Source of the DNA: Octopus sinensis
Lineage: Eukaryota
DNA length: 64,000 nt
Assembly: GCF_006345805.1 (NCBI RefSeq)
Contig: NC_043003.1
Coordinates: forward strand, 11,346,001-11,410,000
Direction of reading: 5' to 3'
The notes under the pieces were generated by a model, which saw nothing but the letters and a program-made list of their open reading frames with translations, was not told the origin of the DNA and made no database searches. Of this stretch, positions 1 through 13,245 are shown in pieces; position 1 is the first letter of the stretch, and each line of letters opens with the position of its first letter. The position numbers were made by a program, and so were the translations under genes.

Positions 1-104
1 TCCGTTACTGTCTCTTCTCCTTCCACCCCCTACCTCTCCATTATTATATCTCCTCTTCTCCCACTCAACCCCCTTTTTTCCGATTGCCATGTTCCCGCCC
101 TCTT

Positions 105-166
105 TCTCTATCAACTCATCTCTCTCTCCATCTCTCTCTCTCTCTCCATCTCTCTCTCTCTCTCCA

Positions 167-199
<33 letters not shown>

Positions 200-352
200 T
201 CTCCATAACTCTCTCTCTCTCCATCTCTCTCTCTCTCCATCTCTCTCTCTCTCCATCTCTCTCTCTCTCTCCATCTCCTCTCTCTCTCTCTCTCCATCTC
301 TCGCTCTCTCTCTCCATCTCTCTCTCTCTCTCTCCATCTCTATCTGTCTCTG
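105..352. repeat. Compound (TC)n / (TCTCCA)n microsatellite
   Basis: Pure pyrimidine dinucleotide run punctuated by CCAT; source of ORFs 84..389, 116..337 and 183..467. Confidence 0.95.
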
Positions 353-519
353 TCAGCTTCTCTTTATGTCCGTGCAAGTCAAACAGTAACACAAAATAAT
401 ATAAATCCTTAATGTTACACTTCATACGCACCGGAAAGATGCTTTTAAAGAGAATATGTTTCTCCACTTGCCAATATCCGTGCGCGCGTGTGTTTTCAAG
501 TGTAATATTTACACGCCCG

Positions 520-521
<2 letters not shown>

Positions 522-558
<37 letters not shown>
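522..558. repeat. (TA)n microsatellite
   Basis: Direct reading. Confidence 0.95.
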
Positions 559-561
<3 letters not shown>

Positions 562-1195
562 ATTTCACAACTAAGGAGTCTTGGAGTGTAACGTTTGCAA
601 TGCTTGTGTATATAAGTAATTTTCCTGTTAGACGATTCGAATTTGCCCTGACCATTTGCTCATATAGACAAAGCCACACGTACTGGACACTGCTTTCTTT
701 CTTTATTTCTTTCTCCAATTTTTCTGTCACGAAGGTACCAGGGAAGGCCAGGCCGTCTGCCGGAAATATCTCAATGCTGAGTTCAAAATCCAGCTGGGTT
801 TCAGGGGTTTTGTGTTTCATTCTTCCGGGATCGTACAAAACCCATTAGATCGATTATAAAACATTGCCTTCTCTCCGAAAATTGCTTTTATATACACACT
901 CTAAAGAAATGCTTGCTTTCAATATATAAACTTAGGCACATACATACTCGCTATAACAACATAGGCGCGTGTTTGTATGCGTGTGTTGTAATTTTCGAAG
1001 ACTTCTGTCCAAGACGGGAAACAAATAATTGAATCGAGATATTTTGGTTGTGAGCCATTCCATGACGTGCTTTATGGCAGGAATGTGCCACAGCTTGATT
1101 CGCGGTCATCATGCCTTTTCCATTTCTTTTATTCTTAATAAGAAATTCTTTCACTTTATTTGGTCAAGTGATGATGTGTTTTTATTTTTTCTAAT

Positions 1196-1570
1196 AGACG
1201 CAGGTGTAGCCGTGTTGACAAGTTTGCTTTCCAACCATATGATTCCGGGTTCAGTCCCACTGCGTTTTCCACCACAGCCCCGGGCTCCCTCTCGTATTAA
1301 TATTTAGCAGAAGCAACAGAGTGACTCAAGGGCCGAGAGCTTCGTGCATATATTAGCACTTGTCAACCACGTATGCATGTGCCATTGTGGTTCTCTCCCA
1401 CCATCGCTTGGCAACCAGTGTGGTATGTTTTACACCCCCGTAACTTAGCGGTTCGGCAATAAAGAAACTAAAAAAGTACCCGGCTTAAAAAAAAGTACCG
1501 GGGTGGATTCTTTCAACTAAACTCCTTCAAAGTTGTGCCCCCAGCATGACCGCAATCTAATGACTGAAAA
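1196..1570 (+). mobile_element. Old CORE-type tRNA-derived SINE, decayed, interrupted by one arm of a hairpin MITE (~1304-1350)
   Basis: Head GACGCAGGTGTAGCCGTG...CCGGGTTCAGTCCCACTGCG and 3' half GTAACTTAGCGGTTCGGC...CAGCATGACCGCAATCTAATGACTGAAA match the younger copies. The insert CAGAGTGACTCAAGGGCCGAGAG matches the arm at 50526. Confidence 0.7.
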
Positions 1571-1575
1571 ATTTG

Positions 1576-1957
1576 TTCTTTTATTCTTTTACTTGTTTCA
1601 GTCATTTGACTGCGGCCATGCTGGAGCACCGCCTTTAGTCGAGCAAATCGACCCCAGGACTTATTCTTCGTAAGCCTAGTACTTATTCTATCGGTGTCTT
1701 TTGCCGAACCGCTAAGTTAGGTTGTCAAGCGGTGTTGGGGGTTGGGACAAACACACATAAGGATACACACACACACACTTATATATACATATACGACGGG
1801 CTTCTTCCAGTTTCCGTCTACCAAATCCACTCACAAGGCTTTGGTCGGCCCGAGGCTATAGTAGAAGACACTTGCCCAAGGTGCCACGCAGTGGGACTAA
1901 ACCCGGAACCATGTGGTTGGTAAGCAAGCTACTTACCACACAGCCACTCCTGCGCCT
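1576..1957 (-). mobile_element. Young near full-length CORE-type SINE (octopus OR-like family)
   Basis: tRNA-like head with B box (GGTTCCGGGTTTAGTCCC), CORE-like block GGCACCTTGGGCAAGTGTC, central microsatellite and tail TGACTGAAACAAGTAAAAGA. Many near-identical copies occur in the window. Confidence 0.9.
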
Positions 1958-2469
1958 ATAGATAACGATATATGTATTATAAGTATGTATAATGAACTCT
2001 TCTCTCCAGAGCGGTGCTCAAGTTTTTTACACAGCTTCTATATCTGGTTCAGACTCCGATATCCAGTTGTTATTAAATAACCATAAGATTAGATTTACAT
2101 TGCTCTTCACTCAATCACCTTGGTTCTGGTTATATATATTCACAGTCGTTATTATCTAATGTAATACACAATAATAGGTTTTCCACGTAAGTCATTTCAG
2201 AATGTAGTCTCATTGAATGGGTACTTGGACTCTATGGGAATCCAAATGGCTTAAAATCCATTGTTAATATAAGCTTTACACACGATGGCAGTTGCAGGCT
2301 GTGAATCACCCGGTCCGGTCTTAATGCAGTTGGTGTTGCTAAACAACGGGGCTAAAATGATTTGGTCAGGACATCGATGTAAAGACAGGTCGTTTAAATT
2401 AACCCGCGATGGTATATACGTTGAGTAATTGTTGTTGGTTCATTCCCAGTGGACCTTTGTTGCAGACTT

Positions 2470-2680
2470 CTTTATTTCTTTATTGCCCACAATAGATGGG
2501 ACAAACGGATTTAATCGATTATATCAACCTCAGTGCGTAACTGGTACTTATTTAATCGACCCCGAAAGGATGAAAGGCAAAGTCGACCTCGGCGGAATTT
2601 GAACTCACAACGTAACGGCAGACGAAATACGGCTACGCATTTCGCCCGGCGTGCTAACGTTTCTGCCAGCTCACCGCCTT
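2470..2680 (-). mobile_element. Young Nin/Deu-domain SINE with 17-bp TSD
   Basis: Head AAGGCGGTGAGCTGGCAGAAACG and domain GCCTTTCATCCTTTCGGGGTCGAT. TSD ACCTTTGTTGCAGACTT at 2453-2469 and 2681-2697. Confidence 0.92.
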
Positions 2681-3019
2681 ACCTTTGTTGCAGACTTATT
2701 ACCTAAAGCTTTCCAACCGTGACCTCTGTCTTTCTTTTTTCAGGCGTGTGTATCCAGGAGATCAGGCTATACCTACACAAGCGTGCTCCTTACCGACTTT
2801 GTTTCATCATAACTTTTAAAAAAGATGTCTTTTAATGAAATTTTCTACAAATACCTTTCAGTGATCTTTGTTGTAATTATATCAGAATTTAATGTAGGAA
2901 TAAAAATCTTTAAACCCTAGGCGTGCACCCAATATTATCTCGGGTAGCTTTGGGGGCTGCATTCCCCCGTGAACCGTTATATGGCCTCCATTGATATATA
3001 GAAGTGTTTCTCGATCAGG

Positions 3020-3800
3020 ATCCAAAGAACCCTTCGGGGGTTGTTTATATAAGATTTATCTGCAATAAATTAGTTATATTTTTACAATACACAAAACATT
3101 TTAACAATTTTTTTCATACGTTCCTAATAATATTTAATTATAAAAGTATAATCGGATTTTTTAAACGTTGAATGGGTATGAGGTACAATATAAGTAATCA
3201 CCCACCATGTCGCGGTTCACCCATCGTGGTTTCTTATTTAAGCTTACGTCGATTCCTCCAAGGTGTTGTCTGGCATTTATCTCTCTATATAAAGCTGAAG
3301 TTGTCTGTGTATGGCAGGTTTGGTAGCCTTCAACTAACACTATCTCCTCCGAGACCCTGTGGCGCAAGTTGACCAAAATTGAGAGTATGTTAGAAGAAGG
3401 CTTGCTCTTCCTTCCGTAAAGAAAATTCAAATCGGACCATTTAACACCAAAAATATTTACATCAAAAAGGTGCTTTTTTTCTGAGAAAATCCCTATTTTT
3501 TACGATTTTTTGACTGCTGTGTCGCCATTTTTCGGTGTATTTCAACCAGGAAAATGTTCATTTAAAGAGAATAACAATCTACATAATGCAACCTTTTTAC
3601 TTTTCAAAAATTCCAATTCTAAAGGTTCGAAATAAACCCGAGCAACGCCGAACTATACTGCTAGTAATAAACTACATGTATACAAATTATAAACATAGTA
3701 AAATATACAGTGCAGTACTGTTTCTACTTCGCGGATTTTCACCTGTTGTGGGGGATTTTGGAACGTAGGTACCAAAAAGGGTCCATTGTTGGGAACCACG
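3020..3800. mobile_element. hAT (Charlie-like) MITE remnant hosting later insertions
   Basis: Body ATCTGCAATAAATTAGTTATA...AATAATATTTAATTATAAAAG matches the complete MITE at 10865-11101; decayed end GGGAACCACGG near 3790. Confidence 0.6.
3280..3664 (+). mobile_element. Non-autonomous Helitron
   Basis: 5' A|TC start (TCTCTCTATATAAAG), 3' CCCGAGCAACGCCG...CTGCTAG|T end, A/T insertion site and no TSD. Confidence 0.8.
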
Positions 3801-4349
3801 GATATTGAGGGTGGTTGGTTCTTTCTTAGTGTTTAAAGAGCCAGACACTTTCAGCTACAAGATATCATCCCTGACTAATATTAACAGTGTCCAGCACCAC
3901 GTTGGAACATGCGTATCACTAGTGACTTCTGCAGCACAGAACGAATGCGATATGCATCGATGCCCATGCTTATAAATCGATGTGGCAAATTCATATAGTC
4001 CATTAAAAACATATCCCAGCATACTTCTTCTTACGTCAGTAACGGTTTCAGGGCGTGCGACATCTTTATGTTACATAAAGTAACACAAAGAAAGATTTTT
4101 AGAAAATATATTTGTTCATATGTTTTAATAATTGGTCTATTCAGGTTTCCACTTGCATTTTATTTGATTTTCCAGTTAATATTGGTTTTTTAGATGTCTT
4201 CTTTGAATAATTTTTATGCTGTGAAAGATGTGATGTGGGATGAATCGATTGCAGTTGAGCTTTATTTTTTTTTTCCATTAATATTTTTCTAAAAATACGA
4301 CTAAATTACTGAAGCATAACTTGAAATGGCATAAGTTGAGGGATGTCGG

Positions 4350-4722
4350 TATCTTTTATCTTGTTCTAGTCAATAGACTGCGGCCATGCTGGGGCACCAT
4401 CCCAAAGAACTTTTACTCGAATGAATCGACCCCCACTACGTTTTTTTTTTGTGTGTACTTATTCTATCAATCTGTTTTGCCGGACCGCTAAGTCACGGGG
4501 ACGTAACCACACCAACACTGGTCGACAAGGTGAGGCAGGGGACAAACGCAGACACAAAGGGAGACACACACACATTTATTTATGCACTCGCATCCGGGTT
4601 CAGTCTCACTGTGTGGCACCTTGGGCAAGTGTCTACTACAATACCCTCAGGCTGACCAAAGCCTTGTAAGTAGATTTGGTAGACAGAAACTGAAAGAAAT
4701 CCGTTGTGTGTGTGTGTGTGTG
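4350..4722. mobile_element. CORE-type SINE with inverted 5' half (or two fragments)
   Basis: The 3' half lies on the minus strand (4350-4570) and abuts the CORE 5' half on the plus strand (4590-4722). Confidence 0.7.
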
Positions 4723-5492
4723 TTAATGCAATAGAAACAGTTGTTGGCTTTATAAGGTGAGATCTTTAATAAAAATGTAATTTTCTCTTTACGCATTTTT
4801 GTCAAATACTCTGAATTTCTCGGAATTCTACCGGCGGATATTTGGATTTACCTGTCGTGCATGAGGATTTACCTGGGATTTGTACTCTACTTACATTTAC
4901 TGGTGTCTAATAGTAGAATATTGTTAACCAAATTCTTTTAATACTGAGCACTTTATTGATATCTGCCTAGGTTTTTAATCCTGTTTTTCTCATATATGTG
5001 TGTGTGTTTATCCCTGATATGACAAAATTCTTCAAGGCAATGTTGTAGAATGGTTGCAGTTTAATGAAACAGGTAAAAAAATAAAGTGACTACCTAGGTT
5101 AATTAAACTGAGTTTAATTACTGTTTGATGGTATATTTTGTAGACTTAAAATGGCAACTTTAGAATTTTTGTGGACACTCAGGAATTTCACATATATATG
5201 TAAATAATAATTTCTGAGCCAATGAAGGAGTCTATGATTACTAAAATTAATTAAACAAACTTGACTTTTGTATTATTGTATATTTTACGAACAAGACATC
5301 ATGCTTAAAGAATTTTGGGAAACATTCAAGGATTTCAGTGTGTAGTTTTCTTTGTGGCCCCTCTGGGTTGTTACCAAATTTGCTGTGAGATAAGGAGGAT
5401 ATCGAATCTAAATGAATAAAATTGCAAATATTCCGGACACCTCAGATCCCAAACAACTGTAGACTTGCTACGTAGTAGACATAAAACATATA

Positions 5493-5523
<31 letters not shown>

Positions 5524-5524
5524 T

Positions 5525-5893
5525 ACATGGTTCCGGGTTCAGTCCCATTGCGTGGCATCTTGGGCAAGTGTTTTCTGCTATAGCCCCAGGCCGACCAATG
5601 CCTTGTGAGTGGTTTGGTAGACGGAAACTGAAAGAAGCCTGTCGTATATATGTATATATTATATATTGTGTGTGTGTGTGTTTGTGTGTCTGTGTTTGTC
5701 CCCCTAGCATTGCTTGACAACCGATGCTGGTGTGTTTACGTCCCCGTCACTTAGCGGTTCAGCAAAAGAGACCGATAGAATAAGTACTGGGCTTACAAAA
5801 GAATAAGTCCCGGGGTCGATTTGCTCGGCTAAAGGCGGTGCTCCAGCATGGCCGCAGTCAAATGACTGAAACAAGTAAAAAAATAAAAAAAAA
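5525..5893 (+). mobile_element. Young CORE-type SINE, 5'-truncated
   Basis: ACATGGTTCCGGGTTCAG to TGACTGAAACAAGTAAAA; near-identical to 1576-1957. Confidence 0.9.
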
Positions 5894-6179
5894 GAGATAA
5901 TTTACACTGAGGAGATGGAAGTTCTATCTTCACTTGGTGTATTTTTGTGGGGGTTTTGAATTTTTTCATTAGCTTTATGAATGCGTACAATGACACTTGC
6001 TTGAATGTAAATGCAATCACGTACTTACTGTTTAGATCTGGTTCATCCATTACTAAAGGAATGTAAAATATCTCGTTACACAGACATAAATTCAAGCAGA
6101 TATACTCATCTCTCTCTCTGTTTATTTATCTATCCATCCAGAGAGAGATTGAGTATTATATAGATACACACACAACATT

Positions 6180-6347
<168 letters not shown>

Positions 6348-7262
6348 GACATCATAGTGTGTGGATTGAGAACTTTGCTGACTGGCTGCTTATTTATAAT
6401 CTTTGCTCTTTAGGTTAAGTCTGTTAATTTGGCTGGTCAAAGTTGTGATTTCACTCTGGCGTAGTCTTAGCACAGCTTGTGCGTGTGTGTAGATAATGCC
6501 ACATCTTAATCCCACTCCCCACTTCCCAAAAGTCATAATTCTTGCAATCAAGCAAAGCTCACTAAGGCAGAGCAAGCTTGTAGAATCATTATCATGCCAA
6601 AGGAAATGCTTAGTAGCATTTCTTTTGGTTTTGTTATTGCAAGTTCAAATTCCACCAAGGTCGTTTATTTTTCTTTTTTTTTTTATCATTTATTTCTCTT
6701 TGGCCCTTTCATTCTTTCTGGGTTAATAAAATAGGTACCAGTTGAGCATGGGGTGGGGTGGGTGGGAACGTGATCAACTGGCCCCCTCCCCACAAAAATT
6801 TCAGGCCTTGTATCTTTAGTAGAAAGGAGTATGCCTAAACTCCTACAAGGCTTAAGGCAATTCTTTTAGCTAATCAAATGTGTGTGTGTGTGTTATCACT
6901 TATTTATTCTGTATACTACAATATATGTATATGTTTAGAAACATATACAGCCTTGCTGTAAAATGAGACTTTATGATATTCCTCTAGCTTTTGGCAACAC
7001 TTGAAGGGTATCAAACAACTGCAGTTTTGTAATTATTCTTCTTAAGTCTTCTAGCTTGCTATATGTAATATCAAGAGAAAAATAAGCATACGGTTACATA
7101 GAAAATATTTCTTGGCATTCTTCTTCTGTCTAAGCTAATTTGCATGCTGGCATCATAAAAAAAACACAAAAAACAAACCCCCCTGCCCCCAAAATTGAAG
7201 AGCTGATATACAAATGAATTTGCTATAAAGTAATCTTAATTCATTGCCTGGTTTAATTAAAA

Positions 7263-7480
7263 CCCTTTAGCATTTAATCTGGCCTTATCCAGCCCAAATA
7301 TCATACCTGTTTTATCTTCAAATCAACCAGATCCAGCCTCTTACACCTATCCTACAATGTTGCTCTAAAAATATGCAATCATATTGAAATTTGAAGGTTG
7401 TGAGATAACGTATGAATAATCCAAAGCAATGTGAATAATTAAGTAATTAAATTTGACAGAGTAATCTGAATTCTGATGGG
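7263..7480 (+). mobile_element. piggyBac-like MITE family 2, abutting a family-1 end
   Basis: CCCTTTAGCATT...ATGGG|TTGA; body shared with 21760-21979. CCTTTTTGTTACCATATTTCTGTTG follows immediately. Confidence 0.75.
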
Positions 7481-7619
7481 TTGACCTTTTTGTTACCATA
7501 TTTCTGTTGAAATATTCTCTTTATTTCTATTAATTTTTGAAATAATAAAAATCTACTAAATTATCTTGGCCATTACTAAGCTGCTAATTGGAAGGTTAAT
7601 GGGAAATTTTTTATTTAGG

Positions 7620-8035
7620 TAGCACGTAAAAAGCACCATCTGAACGTGGTCAATGCCAGTGCCACCTTGACTGGTTTCTGTGCTGGTGGCACGTAAACAG
7701 CACCATCCAATCGTGGTCGATACCAGCTCTTCTGGCCCCTTGTGCTGGTGGCATGTAAAAAGTTCCCACTAAATATGTATGTATGTATTTAAAGCCTTGT
7801 GAGTGGATTTAGTAGACGGAAACTGAAAGAAGCCTGTCGTGTGAGTGTGTCTTGGTGTCTGTGCTTGTCTTCCCATCACCGTTTGACAACCAGTGTTGGT
7901 GTGTTTATGTCCCCAAGACTTAGTAGTTCGGCAAAAGAGACTGATAGAATAAGTACAAGGCTTTAGGAAATAAGTCCTGTGGTCGATTTGATTGACTAAA
8001 ACCCTTCAGGGTGGTGCTCTAGCACAGGAATAAAA
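7620..8035 (+). mobile_element. Ceph-type element internal subrepeats (7620-7770) plus CORE-SINE 3' half (7793-8035)
   Basis: Repeated GTGGCACGTAAA(A/C)AGCACC units, followed by GCCTTGTGAGTGGATT...GGTGGTGCTCTAGCA. Confidence 0.75.
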
Positions 8036-8799
8036 GAATACATAGACACAAACACATACCATTATTTACAGCATATAACCTAAAAAGAAAATACTAAATT
8101 CATACAAGTGTATTTGTAAGTTTGAAAACTGTGCTGAAGTTGTCAGGAACAAGGTTCTGGTGCCAAATGAAGATACACACACACATTCATATTTTAAATA
8201 TAGACAGATGTATGTATAGACATATGTATGTATGTACAAATTATACTATTTTATATAGAGATTGTTAACATTAACAATACTCAGAAACAGGCTAGAATCG
8301 ACGTGCTCAAATTGAGCTAAGTTCCAATTTATAGTTTGAATAGAGGCAATACAAACGGAAAACTTGAGGAACATGACCTATTATCCAATAGAATATCCAG
8401 TATATATGTGTACTTTCTTCGACATTAATAAATCAATTTAAAGTTCGAAATAATATTAGTATTAAAAACATACAAGCATATAAACATATAAATATTTAAT
8501 ATTTAAAAATACACAAATATTTTAAAATATGTATGTTCGTATGTACACACGCTCACACATGAGGCAATGACAAATGAGCGAGATTTTTGGTAATATGCTG
8601 TGCTTGAGAAGGAAGATCCATCAAGCCAAGTTAGTTAATTTTTTGGCTCAAAAAGCAAAAAGCAAGGCCATGTAGGGGGACATGGAGTTATGTACAGGGT
8701 GGTGTTCATGTAAAGAGTTCAGGCCACTTGTGGTCAAGGGAGACTTTGAACCGAGCAGTCGTCGGCATCTTCACCATCTCGTCCGGCAGCTTATTCCAC

Positions 8800-9035
8800 G
8801 GATCGGCAAAGTGAAATCTTTGTGGCAGTTACTAGTGTCCCACAAGTGGCACGTAAGAAAGCACCCATAACACTCTCGGAATGGTTGGCGTTAGGAAGGG
8901 CACCCAGCTGTAGAAACCTTGCCAAATCAGACTGGAGCCTGGTGCAGCCCTCTCAGCTTACCAGCCCTGGTCAAACCGTCCAACCCGTCCCAGCATGGAC
9001 AACTGGATGCTAAATGATGATGATGATGATGATGG
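8800..9035 (+). mobile_element. Ceph-domain SINE/RTE-tail element, 3' part
   Basis: TGGTTGGCGTTAGGAAGGGCACCCAGCTGTAGAAA with an RTE-like end and (GAT)n tail. Confidence 0.8.
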
Positions 9036-10130
9036 TGGTTGTGGTGGTGACACGCGCACCGGCACACCCATGCACATGCACAAATGGGTAAATAAATGAG
9101 AGTAGCACTTGACATATTTTGGCAGGAGTCGCATATATTTTCATTAACAGTTTGGCTTAAGCCATGTAGAGCCGAGTTATTAAATAAACACACACAATGC
9201 TGTGAGACGTATGCATACATGTTTGCATACATGTATATTTACATGTGGGTTAATTTTTCTTTTTTATGCAAGTGTGTCTATATAAATTCCCGTTTAATGT
9301 GTATTTCATATGTTAATATAACACGCATGGTGTGGTATGTATGAAATAAATTCTTCACAAGAGCAGAAGAAGCCGAAGAGTTTAAATGACATATCCTAAA
9401 GGGCATTGTTTAAACGTGCTACTAAAAGTTAATATGGAAGAGCTCTAGATAAAAATATTTGTGCGCGTCTCTCTCTGTGTCTCTCCCGTGTCTGGTCATT
9501 GTAAGAGATTTGAAGAAGTAATGGCTGATAGTGGATGACTGCTGGATAAATAGCCGAAGCACCAAACCTCATAACGTGGCTGAAATGAGTTTTTATTGAT
9601 TTCAGTTTCGACTGCCATCTCCTTCAATTTGTTCATTTCTCTTTCCTTACCACCACAACCAACGCCGCTGCTGCCACCACCACTACTAACGCCGCTGCCG
9701 CCACCACCACTACCGTTCCCATCACATCCACCACAGCTAACGCTGTTCTTATTGAACTATGGCAAGTCTCCTGGACATCTTTGCCTCAGTTTCAGCTTGT
9801 TGTCATTATTTTCTAATACCATTCTCACTGCTTTCTCTCTTTCTTACTGGTGAACCACTTTAAGAAAAAAAAAGAAACGAAAAGGAAAGGGGAAGAGAAA
9901 TAATAAAAAAAAAAAAAGGAATCCTTCATTTTTGTTTTCTGTCCGTTTTATTTATTTATTTCCTTCCTGTATTCCTGTGTGGCAAGCTGTTTGGTGTAAA
10001 GGGGCAACGGGGGCGACGGCGGGGTTGGTAGTCAGTAAAGAAAAGATGGAGAACTAACAAGATAGTATTGATGAGCTAAAGAAAAGGGAACAGCATCTCC
10101 CAGACTCTTTCCTTTTTATTATGCTGTTGG

Positions 10131-10165
<35 letters not shown>

Positions 10166-10822
10166 TAGTGATTCCCAGTTTGTCCACTCTGCTCCCTTTT
10201 ATTCTTCTCCTGTAATATTAGCCAATGGCAGCAACAGTAGTTCTGGTTCCTTCTTTGCTCTTAGTGCCATTGTGCCAGCAGTGGTGATGGTATGGTGGTT
10301 GTGGTTCAGGTATTTGGTGTTTTAGCTATAAACTTCTACCATATTGTGTGTGTGTGTGTATTAATACATACATACATACATATATATATATAAATATATA
10401 TAATAAATTAATAAATAAAACATATGCATATATACATACATATATGTACATACCTACATCTACAGGACACCAGCTTATATATTTATTTTATATATATATA
10501 TATAATCAAAGGACATACTAAGTATGTCTACCTGCTGGAAATAGCAGTCAACACTCTTATTTAAATCGCCAAAATACACTGGTAATAACTACAGAAATGA
10601 ACCGGCCAAAGGCAAATGGGCCAAGACAATCTCTCAGCATACATTCAAGTATTTGGATTCACATGCACTGGTTTCTGGATTGCCATAATAGCCTAACCTA
10701 TATATATATATATATATTATTATCATAAAAAAAAAAAGAATGGTGGTGCCCCAGCATGGCCACAGCTCGTGAGCTGAAACTAGATAAAATAAAATAAAAT
10801 AAATACACACACACACACATAC

Positions 10823-10861
<39 letters not shown>

Positions 10862-10864
10862 TGT

Positions 10865-11101
10865 CAGTGGTTCTCAGCTGGGGTCCATATATGATTTAGT
10901 TGTTAAAATTTATCTACAATAAATCAGTTATATTTCTTGCAAAACCCAAAATATTTCAATAATTTTCTTTTGTACAGATTCTAATAATATTTAATTATAA
11001 AAATATAATAGGATTTTTGAATATCAAAAGGTTACTTGGGTCCACCCGAGTGAAACAGGGATTAAGAGGATCCACAAGAAAAAAATAGTTGAGAACCACT
11101 G
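10865..11101. mobile_element. hAT (Charlie/MER-like) MITE, complete
   Basis: 12-bp TIRs CAGTGGTTCTCA...TGAGAACCACTG; TSD not evident. Confidence 0.85.
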
Positions 11102-11835
11102 CTGTGTGTGTGTGTTAGTTCCTTTTTAAAATCTTGCCTGTTTTGCAACATATCTCTTTCTGTTTTGGAGTATGTTGAAGAATGACTAGAAAGAGAATAA
11201 ATGTGAATTTGTTTTTCTTCATGAGAAAAGAACAAGGTTTGTGGTGAAGTTATTGGTAACACTTGTCTCTGTTGAAAAGCAAAAAACAAAAGAAAAAAAC
11301 CGTCTTTGTTCTTTTTCCTTCCTCATTAGCATCGACTATAAAGACAGTAACTAGGAATATGTAAAAGTCACCGTCCTGTTCCTTCTGCTAGCACCTTCAC
11401 CGTTTTCTTTTTTTCCTGTTTCATCCTGTTGGAACCCCCCCCCCCCCCATGCACACACACATTCCACAGCTTGTTGTCAGTTGATAACAATATCCGTTAA
11501 CACATAATATTTTTGCATCATATAATGATCATAACCTTTGCTCGCTCTGACTCTGAACCAAAATCTTCATACAAACCATGGCAGGAATATCTGAATGTAT
11601 CTTCTGATGATAAATCTTCAAGATTTAAGTGATATTCACATTTTTTTTTTAAATTCAAGAAGCACCCCCCCCCCCCGCCAAATATCTGTGCTATATATAA
11701 TTATTATTAGGGGTAAGTATTGAAAGGAAACGGTGTGTTGCAAAAAACACCCATTTTAGATCAGAGAGATATGACAAGTCTGATAGAATGGATGTTTACT
11801 GTATTACAGATTATCACTCTAATATAATCATTCTG

Positions 11836-12056
11836 AAGGCGGCGAGCTGGCAGAAATGTTAGCATGCCGGGTGATATGCTTAGCGGTATTTCGTCTGCCG
11901 TTACATTCTGGGTTCAAATTCTACCAAGGTCGACTTTGCCTTTCATCCTTTCGGGGCCGATAAATTAAGTACCAGTTACGCACTGGGGTTGATGTAATCC
12001 GTTTGTCCTTGTTTATCCCCTCTGTGTTTAGCCCCTTGTGGGTAGTAAAGAAATAC
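11836..12056 (+). mobile_element. Young Nin/Deu-domain SINE with 14-bp TSD
   Basis: TSD ATATAATCATTCTG at 11822-11835 and 12057-12070; tail CCCCTTGTGGGTAGTAAAGAAATA. Confidence 0.92.
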
Positions 12057-12459
12057 ATATAATCATTCTGTCATCAACTGTATTGAGCTCTAGTTGAAGG
12101 TTGTGCAAGCTTTCTCTGTCATGGGCCCTCAGCTCCTGTCTCTGACAGTTTTAGAGATCTGCCAAAATCCATTCCTCTTCAGGTCTGACCACAGCTGATT
12201 CTTTAGAGAGAGAGAGAGACCCTGAAAGGATAAAAGGTTCAGTTGACCTTGGTAGCAATTGGATCATTGAACGTCTGTTTTCCATGCTGGCATGGGTTGG
12301 ACAGTTTGATAGGATCTGGTCAGTCAGAGCTGCTCAGGCTCTGTGTCTGTTTTGGCATGGTTTCTATGGCTGGATGCCCTTTCTAATGCCAACCACTTTA
12401 CACCAGCACTTATACACACACATACAAAAATTTTAATGTGAATGTGTGTGATGTTAGTC

Positions 12460-12720
12460 TTCTTCTTGTTTTGACCTCGTGTGGCAGTTGTAAATGTGTG
12501 TCATTGCTATGGGAGCTGTGTCATTCATTTCCAATGTTTTGCAAAGACATGCCTGGCAATGGGGGAGAAATATTACCTTACTTGGAAACAGGTAAGTGTT
12601 GCTGACAGAAGGGGTATCTGGCTATAGAAAATCTGCCTCAATAATTTCTATCTGACCCATGCAAGCTCAGAAAAGTGGATGTTAAAACAACAACGACGAC
12701 AATGATGATGATGGTGCTGG
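12460..12720 (+). mobile_element. CORE/Ceph hybrid SINE, 3' half
   Basis: GTCATTCATTTCCAATG...GGAAACAGGTAAGTGTTGCTGACAGAAGGGGTATC...GAAAAGTGGATGTTAAAAC tail. A plus-strand CORE head is joined to the same block at 21060-21340. Confidence 0.7.
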
Positions 12721-13245
12721 GAATTAAAAAAATGATAGAGACACTGCTTCAAGGTTAGACATAAGCTTCTGACAAACTCTGTGTGTGTGTTTGTAACTTT
12801 GTTCCAATTCTCTATTATGACTTTTCTGTTGTGGTTATACATTATTTGTGTTTCCTCTCTTGAAGACAGTTGAATTAACTACTGCGAAAGGCTAAGTCAC
12901 TAACACAGAAAAGGCTATGTACATTCATGTACGTCTATTTTTTTATCTTTACTCTGCCTTGTATAGTAAAAATAACATCTTTTATGTGACTTAAGGTTAG
13001 TATTCCAAAGGCTAAAGTATGGCTGGGTGGGTAAGAGGCTGTGAGTGTGCGCTTGTGTGTGCCAATTATAAGACTGGGGCTAAGCTAATTAACTTTCACA
13101 GGTGTGCCTGCCTGTATTAATTAACCAGAATACTCTATTGGTTTAAATATTCCAACAGTTGTCTTGTTATGATACCAAGCCAGTGATGAAGTAGTGATGA
13201 CAGGTAAGCAGCTGTCTTCCTCTGACCCACAAATTAAAAGGCACA

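Noticed and set aside
1900-1957. tRNA genes at SINE heads (also 48520 and 57880)
   Set aside because: A/B boxes are present, but there is no complete cloverleaf and each continues into a SINE body.
11604-11632. CTGATGA followed by a hairpin (hammerhead-like)
   Set aside because: No GAAA after helix II and no helix I or III.
13159-13226. 45-nt CAG|...|GTAAGC exon, or C/D snoRNA (TGATGA...CTGA)
   Set aside because: Stops occur in all frames, such signals are expected by chance in AT-rich DNA, and the C-to-D spacing is too short with no terminal stem.
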